Assembly: GCF_033153115.1 (NCBI RefSeq)
Contig: NW_026889753.1
Coordinates: 10,416,001-10,480,000, forward strand
DNA from: Saccostrea echinata
Lineage: Eukaryota
DNA length: 64,000 nucleotides
Direction: 5' to 3'
The position numbers were made by a program, and so were the translations under genes. The notes under the pieces are model-generated. The model was given only the letters and a program-made list of their open reading frames with translations. It was not told the DNA's origin and searched no databases. Positions 53,920 through 64,000 of the stretch are shown here, piece by piece; the stretch's first letter is position 1, and every line of letters begins with the position of its first letter.

Positions 53920-55780
53920 TGAAAAAGGTGATAATAACGAACAAGGTCGATCTCAAAAAACCTACAAACAATACAAATCTGTGAACAGGGCATAAAACAC
54001 GGATCTCTGAAAGTTCCAGAGGTGGGATCATGTGCCTAGGAGGAGTAAGCATCCCCTGTCGACCGCTCACACGCATCGTGAGCCTCATGTATCAATCAGG
54101 TAGACGGAATAATCCGTATTTAAATTTAGTATAAAAGCAAAGACTTACAAACTGTATGAAACATGTCGGTCAAAATACGACCTAATGAAAGGTTGTATTT
54201 GCTAATATTGTCATTATAACGGCCATATACAGTGGCTGCAACGTTATTGTTGACAACTTACACGAACGATCACGTTACACGAACGATTCCGCACGATTAA
54301 CGCACGATAAAATCTTTTACACGAACGATCCTTCACGCACACGATTCTACACGTTACACGATCTTACACGATTGCTAACGCAAACGCACGATTCTTCACG
54401 CAGAATAGTTCAAGTTCTTTAGGAATGGATATTTTCAAAACGAAATAAGGCTTAATACTTATTGTAGATTTCAAATAATTATTGATATTATTTCATTGAC
54501 TATGAAAAATGAAAAAAAAATAGAAATGGATATTTCTGGAACTAAATACATATAAAACTTATTAATTATCTTCGATTACAAATAATTATGTACGTAATTC
54601 TCCGACTTAAGAAAACTGGGTTTTTTTTCTCGTTCTACATGTAGGTGGACCATGAGTTTTGATTGAATTGGATTTCATAATACGCAGAAAGGGATAAGTT
54701 TGAAAAAAATGGCATGAAAATGAATTGAATTATAAGTTATTTCCATGTTTCCATTTGTGAATCTCTCAAGTCAACAATTATTTTACAAATCATTTATTTG
54801 CAAAAATTATAAAAATAATTAAAAGTAAGCTCCAGAGATAAACACTGATAAACGAAACCCCGACAATCATGTCGCGTACATGTACATTCGCCGACTATAT
54901 ATTTATGTAAGCATTGAGAATTGTTTATTTATTTATTTGTAAAAATATCAATTTTTGATCTATTGATTTTAAAAATATCTTGACCATAATTAGCAGTAAA
55001 CATAATCAACATCAGAGAAAAAATCTTTAAACATATAAGTACGGTTTATCACAAAAAATCACGCTATTTGACGAGAACACAATATTGTACGACTTACTAT
55101 ATTGCTTATTTCCAAGCGATAATTAGTTCGTTCTGTTTTCAATTATGTAACTCGCGCTTCATTTATTTTATTTGGATTAAAAAAAAAAAACAGACAAGCG
55201 AAATGCTTGTATAACAAATAACATTCCGATAAAAACTTACAAAACGAAGTTTACACGTTTCTTAACGCACGATCACGCACGATTAAAACCGCAAACGATT
55301 GAGTCTGATACACGCACGATCTCGCACGTTACACGAACGATCACGCACGTTACACGAACGATTCTACACGATTGGTTTGTCAACAATAACGTTGCAGCCA
55401 CTGTAATTAGAGAAATGCTGACATTAAACGAGATTGTTGAAATCCCTGTAACATCAACTTATTTCTCAGTATCCTGCCTTAGTTTAAAAATTAATTGTAT
55501 TCAGAGCATACTCTTGAATATCGAATAAGTTAATTGGGAGAAAAAACACCATATGCAGGTGATAGCGAAATATTACTTCATAAGTGTAACAAAAGTTGAC
55601 GGTGAAAAAACTGAAGTCATTTCGTTTTTCATACAGTTTAGTTGTTAGTTGGACCTTATCGTCTATAGTCAGTAAAACATCAAAATATGAAACAGATGTG
55701 GCAGACTCTGTGGTGTCCTTTATTTCGAGTTCACTGGGATATATCGATCTAGTCGAAATGAATGGAAGTAATGAAATATG
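53920..55780 (-). mobile_element. Penelope-like RT C-terminus plus 3' tail, interrupted by a Tc1/mariner MITE
   Basis: IYPSELEIKDTTESATSVSYFDVLL...LTTKLYEKRNDFSFFTVNF (ORF 55484-55807), with the tail at 53995-54075. Confidence 0.75.
54230..55403. mobile_element. Tc1/mariner-type MITE, 1174 bp
   Basis: TA|CAGTGGCTGCAACGTTATTGTTGACAA ... TTGTCAACAATAACGTTGCAGCCACTG|TA (perfect 27-bp TIR, TA TSD). Confidence 0.92.
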
Positions 55781-55804
55781 GAGATAACGATCAGTATTCA
55801 AGTT

Positions 55805-56600
55805 CAAAGTTCATTTAGACAATACAAATCGGGAGCAGAGCAAACACGGACCTCCAAAAACATCAGAGGTGGTATCAGGTGCCATGGAGGAGTGAGCATC
55901 CCCTGCCGACCTGTCACACCCGCCGTGTGCTCTTTGTCATAATCGGGAAATAATGGAAAAAATCCACAGTGTGTAAATACATGTAATGGCCTAACAATTA
56001 GTATGAAAAACGTCAGTCAGCATATAACTTAATGATAGATTGTATTTGTTGACAAGGTATCGACCATAGAATTTACGAAATGATGTCTTTAAACGAGACC
56101 GTTGATATTCTTGTTTCATCTACTTGTTTTTCAATAACTTACATCATTTTAGAAATTGTTGATACGTAGATCGTGCTTTTGCGTATCGAATCAACGAAGA
56201 GATATACACCCCCATACGCGGGTGATGAGGGTATATTGCTGCATAAGTAAGGGAAGTTGACGATTGAAAAGTTAAAAGTCCTCACGTTTATCATAAAGCG
56301 TTGTTGTTAGATTAGTATTAACGTTTCTTTCTAGTAAAATATCCAAATATATGAAACAGATGTGTCAGACTCTGTGGTATTTTTTATTTAAAGCTCACTG
56401 CGATATATCGTGTCGACATATGAATGGAAATAACAATTGTTAATTGATAATGCGTAGTCGATATATCTAAATGTCGGGTTAAAGGCTACAGCAAGTGTTT
56501 CCTTCATGTATAAGTTTTTGAATAAATTCTGCTTCAAAGGAATGTAAAACAGGTTGGAAAACAAAGAACCACAATCTGTGCCCATTGGAATTCCAACAGA
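55805..56600 (-). mobile_element. Second, tandem Penelope-like RT fragment plus 3' tail
   Basis: GIPMGTDC, AVAFNPTFRYIDYALSINN...IYRSEL, IVNFPYLCSNIPSSPAYG, with the tail at 55835-55930. Confidence 0.78.
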
Positions 56601-57457
56601 TGAAAGTCATTCTTCAACCAACAAAACAATTCAAAATAACTGGCCATATCCTTGACGCACTACAGATAAATCCACTTTTAAAGAATGTGCATTTTTCTGG
56701 GTCATATAAAGTTTTGAACATTTTGGGGCCTTGCGTTTAGCAGAACTACAACACAAACCCTAAGAGTTCCATTATAGGCCATTTGCAGTCTAAACGCCTC
56801 TTTTTCTCATTTGGCGTCCTTTTTATGACTTTTCCTACTTCAGTCCGTTTTCTCGAAGAGTCATCATATATACCTAGCCTAATTATTACCTGTGCATATG
56901 TCTTCAGTGCGCTGGATAATTAGAGGGTATAATAGTAAACCTAAGTTTTTTATCAATCTTTGTAAAATTATACAATATACATGTATTAATACAAATTATA
57001 CAATGTGCGGAAGTGGAACGCGCACTACAGAAATTCGAGATAACATATACATGTATTTTAAAATTCAGCTTATAATTCTTACTTTAGCTTGGTGAAAATA
57101 AATCAGATCACATGAATCTTATGATTAACTTTAATTTTCAATACTTGACGTTTTATCTTCAATACGTCGCTGTTATTGTAATCAATACAGCATGTAGGCC
57201 TAATCCGCTGTATCAAATAGTCTATCTAGTTCTATCTGAAGCGCTAATACGGTTAACAGATTTGTTAGCAAGACACCAGTCACCCATAGAAGCAAGCAGG
57301 AATCGAATAAAGTTATTCAAACGCATCATATTACTGCCAGGGATTTGACAAGATTATGATAGTCACGGTCTACATATACTTACCTACAGCAAAGTAGATA
57401 TCTACATTTCACGTTAAGAAGATTTAAGTAATAAAGAATATTCCTTTAGTTAACGAA

Positions 57458-58890
57458 AACAAGAAAACAGCTATGGGTCACAACGCGCACATGAGTAACC
57501 GTGGTCTTCGTTTTCTTCATCAGATTTTAAAAAGATTTTTCCCTCTTTATTCCCATGAATTCTAAACCTCACACTGTGGCCCTACCCATAGACTCAAGAC
57601 ATTGGAAAGACTTCACCAAGCTTAAATCTTTACAGTATCTATATGACAAATATGGTCTTGCTGACCTGGATTTTTTTTTTGAAAAATTTCCTGTATACAT
57701 GCATTATGCAAAATCTGCTCCCCGATTCTAGGCCCACGCCAAAATCTGCTCCCCGATTCTAGGCCCACGCCAAAATCTGCTCCCCGATTCTAGGCCCACG
57801 CCAAAATCCATATTTATCCATGTTTTAACACGTTTGCACATTAATATGATTTAGTGTGACCCTGTTACTCTTGAAAAGTTGTTATATTTAATTCCCTATA
57901 TAATTCTCATGTAAAACTCTTATACCATATAAAACTTTGATCTCGTGCTGTGGCCCCAACCAAACACCGGGGTCCTTGATTAGACCAGACTTGAATCTAC
58001 AATGTAAACTATGTCAGCAAACTTTCAAATAAAGAACAAGGTTCACTTACGGCCTTTTTTTGGCCCTGTGAATTTCTGAAAGACCAAAACTGTTCAGTTT
58101 TAGCTGAAATGTATCAATTTAACTTGGACCTTTAATGACTGCATAACTATCAAAAATGAAATATTTTCCTCGCTAGTCCACGTTTCATGTGAATTGCGTA
58201 ATTATCTTCAATTCCTTAAAAATTCTTCAAAAATTACCAAAATTTTAAACCGTTTTTCATAAAGCCTAACCTCTGATCCAAAATATGCAATAGTATAATT
58301 ATGAAAGAACTGTTTCTGAACATTATAATACATATTTTATATTTTGGATCGATGGGTGGACTCATATTTTAATTCTTTGCTGAAGGTACTCAAATACACC
58401 CATTTTCTGCAAAATTTAAGAACAGAGAAATTTCACCAAGTCCGTTTTTAATACCTGGACTCTCAGAGGAAACTTTTTTTTTATTGGAAACGAAAGCACT
58501 AAGTCTCTACTCTATATTGATGTTTAAAATAGGTTATTGGGTCTTGGTCAGTTAATTGGTATTAAAGTAGGGCCATTTTATGGATTAAGTGAACCAAGCT
58601 CTTTACTCTTTTCTGGCCCAGTGGTTCTTGAGAACGATTTTTTTTAAAACCACCTAACCTAGTTTTGCCTTTTTGATTATTTCAACATCCATGAGGGCAT
58701 GGCTCTTCATCTAAATAATCTTGAATTCCCTTCTAAACAAGGATGCATTGTGGCAAATTATTTGAAATTGGACCAGTGGTTCTACAGAAAACGTTTAAAA
58801 TGTAAGAAGTTTACAGACAGGCCAACGGACAGTACAGACGAACGATGGACAGGGCTTATGCGAGCCTTTGACTTACATGAGCTAAAATCG
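57458..58890 (-). mobile_element. Old degenerate copy of the Cg170-type HINE with internal insertions
   Basis: AACAAG...ATGGGTCACAACGCGCACATGAG start, TGTGGCCC monomer remnants, ACAGACAG/ACGGAC tract, TGAGCTAAAA end. Contains a 31-bp triplication at 57709-57808. Confidence 0.6.
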
Positions 58891-60174
58891 AATTAAATAT
58901 AAGAATGTCCTTTCTTAATCCTGATGAATGATTCTATTTCAGGATAGGGTTTTTATGACCTGTTTAACTTACCGTTTTCATCTGGTCGTATATGGTCGAA
59001 ATTTTTATCAACTGTGTGAGGAATACTTTTATACAATAATGACACTTTAAAGGAAATAAAAGAACATTAGAATATTGAACTGTTTTAATTGCCTCAAGCA
59101 TTCCTCTTTTGTCAATGATTGTGTATAATAAAAATAAATTTGCTTAATTACACACACACACACATAAAATGATTCAGCTACACAACAAACACTTTTTACT
59201 CTCTCTAGCTGTTCATAATTCAGATCCATGTTCAAGGTAAAATTCTGGCAGCTGGCTGCGCTTCTTAATATATAATAGATCTGATAAAATATAAAGATGT
59301 ACTCTGGACATATACCAGTAATGTATACAAATAGTTAAAACAGTTTTCATGTTAAAAATATTATTTATCTATACGTTGATACTGTAATGATAAAATCAGT
59401 AGTGGAGATAGAAGTAAAATGGCATAAAAGTTAAAGAAAGAACACAACTTGGATTTGCAAATGAACAGTTCTACATTGTATCTAACAGAAAATACATATA
59501 AATATACCGTAAAATCACTAGAATATATCAAAAGTTAACCAGAGATTTTAACCAAAACAAAATGTTCTCAACTTGTTATAATTGAGTTACACGATTCTAT
59601 CAGTTTTTATTGACTGTTAATGTAAACACTACAATAATTTAAAAAAAAAGGGGGGGGGAGGGAGCTTTACATATATCAAACCATTTTCTTTTCTCATACA
59701 TCTAAGGTTTAGTAAATACCTAGTAAAGACTATGTAGGTGCATTTTTTGTTTAAAAAAAGACTAATTCATGAAGGAAAAAAAATATTACATGCATGTACC
59801 TGCTGCAAAATAAAATAAAAGACAATAACAAGTAGAGCCACAAAAACATTTAAGTTTCTGGAATTCGAAATTCACATGTAAAATAACAATTACAACAGTA
59901 TACCAAGGCTTGGTAAATTCCCCATACAATAAATGTCTTCACTATGACATTAAAACGTCTTTCAAGTTATATCTTCTATTGTGTTCTCGTTTTGGTGACG
60001 AGATTTGACTCCTTATAAGGTATACACGAAACGAAAATAAAACATTTTTACAATATACATGTAATATACATTCTCAATAACAAAACAAGCGCTTAAAAGA
60101 AAAACCCATGTCAACAATGCCTGTATCTGATTTAAAAATATTGCTTCAAAAATATTCTTACTGATTACTGTGAT

Positions 60175-63100
60175 CTATACAGCAACAGGAGCTTCCGCTT
60201 CCGGTACATCGAGGTCAGCCCCTGTGAGTTCCTGCAGTCCTTTCCGTTTGATGCACGGTAAATGTAACATTAGATGAAAGATGGCACCCACAGTGAACAT
60301 CCCACCTCCAAGGTAAAAAGAGTAGTTGTAACTGTCTGTGGCGGCCCGCAGCGCGCCTGCAATGAACGAAAGTGGAAACCTAACAATAAAGAAGCTCAAT
60401 CCTTATCAGCAGTTTATATTCGAAGTGAAATAAAGTTTCACTCTGAGATCTTTGAACAACTTCAGGAAAAGGGAATAATTAAATTAGGTGCAATCGACAT
60501 ATTAGTTTGTTTTTTCCCTAATTGATTTGCTACTTTCATTTTTGTTTCACCTCGACCGAGATAACAATTGTGTTTGTTGAAACATTTACAAAATTAATAA
60601 AAAAGAAATAAATGCTTATTTTAAGATGGCTCAATTGTACTCAGCCGTTCCTTCTCCTTTCTTTAAAGTTTGACATGTTCCCATTCTACGTACCAGCTAG
60701 TGGAGGTCCATAAATAGAAGACGTCCCTCTGGCTAGCGTTAGCATACCAAATGCATTGGTTAGTTTTTCCAGTCCAATGATATCACAAATGATGATGGAG
60801 GTCAATGAAATATACGCAGCTGAAATGCATTACGTGAAATCCATGAATGACTAATTGTAGTATATGATATACATCAAGTTTATTATTTTGCTATAAGGTG
60901 TTATAAATATAATACAAAATAATGCCAAGAAAAATGTATGCAGATTCTATATAAATGTTACTTCAATCAATATTATACATGTATATTAGTTGAAAAAATC
61001 TATGAAATGTAAAAAGTGTATCCTTTTTCTCTAGTGCTGTTCTCCTTACTCTTATCAATTCATACCAACGATAAATTCTACATCTGCAATATCTGTTTCT
61101 AGACTTTTTTGGATTCTAGTACGTTTGGAATTTTGACACCAACCCCCCAATAATTGAAAAAAGTCGCGTTTTCCCGATTTTGGACATTTCTAGACCAAGG
61201 AAATCTAATTACATACTAAATTCGTATAATTGATCTGTTTCCCATTTCTGGTCCATGTTCCAAACAGTATAACATTTATTTCTTTTTAAAGTGAAAATGT
61301 TATTTATTTTTTTGAAAACTTACAGACGCATAAACCGTAGAGAGCTGCAAAAAGAATAAGCAAAGGGTATGTTGTGCAAAGAGGTTCTAGGAAGAGCAGC
61401 ACCGCGCTAATCACCAAAGCAACGTTGTTAATGATCAGAGCGTCCACCTTGGTCAAGTCGGCTAAGACACCAGACAGAATTCGACCAACAGTATTCGTGA
61501 TACCTGAAAAAAAGCCCAGAAATGTATTTGTCCTTGTTGGTCAGCAATACTATTACCATCAAAATTATGAATGTTGTCGATCGGTCATTAATTGTTGTCA
61601 GAGTTACGGAAAAATGGCCCCCTGTTAAGGAAGGTAACTGTAAATTGATTAATAAGTTGTTTCCCTTTTTTAAATGTTCACCTTCATTAAAATTTTTCTT
61701 ACATTTTGTTCTATACAGTATAAAACTACATTTTCTTGAATTTCTTATTTATATTCATTTTCTATAAAAAAAAAAAAAAAAAAAAAAAAATACCATCACT
61801 ACTGAAAAAAAAATCAATTTTAGTAGACACATGAAAACTAATTCAGCCAATTATGAACACTGTTACAATACTCACCAATCACAGACAAGAGAAAAGCTGC
61901 ATCTGTCTTTGACACATTCTGCTCCAAAGCATGATCTACTAAGTACGTGAAAGGAACATAAAATCCAACCATTGCGAATAAATTTCCAACACAAATCAAC
62001 ACAAAAGATACGTTTTTTAATATTGAGAAATCTAACATGTCGCGTAAAGTGTCTACAATGGATTTTGGCAAACACGTGCAATGATCCCACACTGAAGATG
62101 GCGGAATCTCTATCTCTCCAGGTATTGTTGTAATACTAGTAATGTAACTGTGCATGTCTGGTTGTGAAGTAAATTGTGGGATTCTATTGACGCTTCCACT
62201 GTAGAATATATCCTGTCTGTACATTGGTCTAGCGTAGTCCTTTTTCTCTATATTATGCTGGGACCCCATACGAAGTCTGGCAGCCGATGAATAGTCCTTT
62301 GCTTGGCGTGGGGCAACTTTCGCGTACCCATTTTCGATAAGTGGCTCCACTTCATGGCTGTAAACTCCTTTAAGGATGTTTGCGTCGCTTACTTCTTTTT
62401 TCGTTGTTTCTTCCTCCCTGGATTTCCTCTGAACTGCCTCTTTTGAACCACTCTTAGCGTCGAAGTTTTCAGATCGTGGAGATTCTGGTGATGGAATCTC
62501 TTTCCCGTCAATGCCACTAAATGTTATTTTTGGAATGTCTACTACAGGGCTTCCACAATAACTCTCCCCTGCTTCTGAAAAAGAGAGCTTGTTTGTTTTT
62601 TCGAAGTAAGCACTAGGCATGGACAAAATGTCTGACCCCTCCTCCTTTAACCTTTCTTCGCGCAGTCGTTTGGCTTCTTGCAATTTTGCAAAACTTTCTC
62701 CAATTTGAACACTGGATTCCGATTCGCCAGCTCGATTTCGATTTGCTATGGCTCTTTCTTTTACACGATCAATCATTGTCTTTGCTCTAATTTTTGGCTT
62801 CCTCTTCTTCCTTTTTGGAGGGTCTAGGGGTCTCATTACCATTGCACAAACGCATCCATTTAAAATTATACCGGCGTGAATCACTAGCATAAACTTCCAA
62901 TCATATGCTTCTAACATAGCAGCGTTTGCCGGAGCAAATATAAAAGTACCGATTCCGGAACCGGAAACAGCTATTCCAGTCGCAATGGCGCGCTTTTTCT
63001 CGAAGTAGAAACCAACACTCACTATGGCAGGCAAATAGATTAGACCAAATCCCAAACCTTTGAAAGTAAATCAGAGGGATTTATTAGTAAACGTACAAAC

Positions 63101-63880
63101 CAGAAAATTGAGAGAAAGAAAATCGTTCGTTTGCTTGCACAAAAAACGTTTTACCTCCCATGATTCCATAGGTTAACATAAGTACATTGATACTACTGCT
63201 GAAAGACGCCAATAGGAATCCTAAACAAGCTAAACAACTTCCGGCAAACGTCACAGGTCTGCATCCAAACTTGTTAGTCAAACCGCTTACCAAGGGACCT
63301 GAGACAGACACACTCAATGTACATGGATCTACGGAAAAGGTCAGCCTACTTCTTGTGTTGATAATCTTTTACAGTTTACCTCGATTTTAAAGTGCATTCA
63401 AAGTACCTTCTTGAACTACAAGACCATATTCTAAACTTGCAAAATTAATTTGAAATTTATAATAGTTTTATAAATCAATGTATGTAATCGCAGATGGCAA
63501 TTTTTATGCAATAAAATTACATTATTATGGAATGATATTTAACTTTTCAGTACATAATACTGCATTTTGAAGGTCAATCTCTTTATTGCTAAAAACATTC
63601 GATATAAATATCAAAACCAACCTGCACATAGGTAGACCCCGACAAGCAGCGATCCCACGAGCGAGATCTTACCGGGAGACTCATGGAAAACTTCTTCCCA
63701 CTGGGGAAGGAGAACCCCAAAGGCGTACCCTATACCGTCAACGATGATGTTACACAAAAGAGAACTGAACACGATCACCCAGCCCCACCCTCCATCTGGT
63801 GGGGTGGGGATAAGGTCTCCCACACTGTCCGTAGAGTCGTAGGATTCTCCGGACTCATGGCGCTTTTTCTCATTGGACAT
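60175..63880 (-). CDS. SLC16/monocarboxylate transporter MCT-D, complete, 690 aa
   Basis: Exons 63880-63622, 63298-63155, 63057-61876, 61503-61324, 60819-60694, 60356-60175 (2073 nt), GT-AG, same intron positions as MCT-B and -C. Motifs: [46 protein letters not shown]. Confidence 0.93.
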
Positions 63881-64000
63881 GGTGACGAGTTGATTTGTTT
63901 TTATTTCCTAAAGGTATACTGTATTTCGTTTTCTTTTCTTGTCAATCATTTTCTGTAAATAACAAGGGGAACCTAAAAAAATCGATCCCTTTATCTCAGA

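Noticed and set aside
7116-63880. Specific SLC16A gene symbols
   Set aside because: Orthology to individual vertebrate members cannot be assigned without a phylogeny.

Overview
AT-rich eukaryotic genomic DNA with spliced genes and two N gaps. The repeat families look like those of an oyster (Crassostrea/Magallana-type bivalve; recognised from memory, not searched). The window holds a cluster of four SLC16/monocarboxylate-transporter (MFS) genes. MCT-A is the last three coding exons of a divergent + strand copy (2260-3128). MCT-B, -C and -D are tandem - strand paralogues sharing a six-coding-exon structure: B 7116-10757 intact (610 aa), C 27332-31785 with two in-frame TGA codons and a repeat-expanded tail, D 60175-63880 intact (690 aa). 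The most striking structure is 40105-50331. It looks like a 1.3-kb tandem array, but it is seven non-autonomous Helentron/HINE-like elements nested inside one another through their own (AAT)n microsatellite: 7 left ends and 7 right ends close in last-in-first-out order, matched by subfamily. Other highlights: a 4.4-kb foldback element with satellite arms and a 9-bp TSD; a minisatellite built from an exon end plus its splice donor; a coding VNTR built from the last exon; a four-half-site DR4 array; and several MITEs and Penelope-like RT relics.
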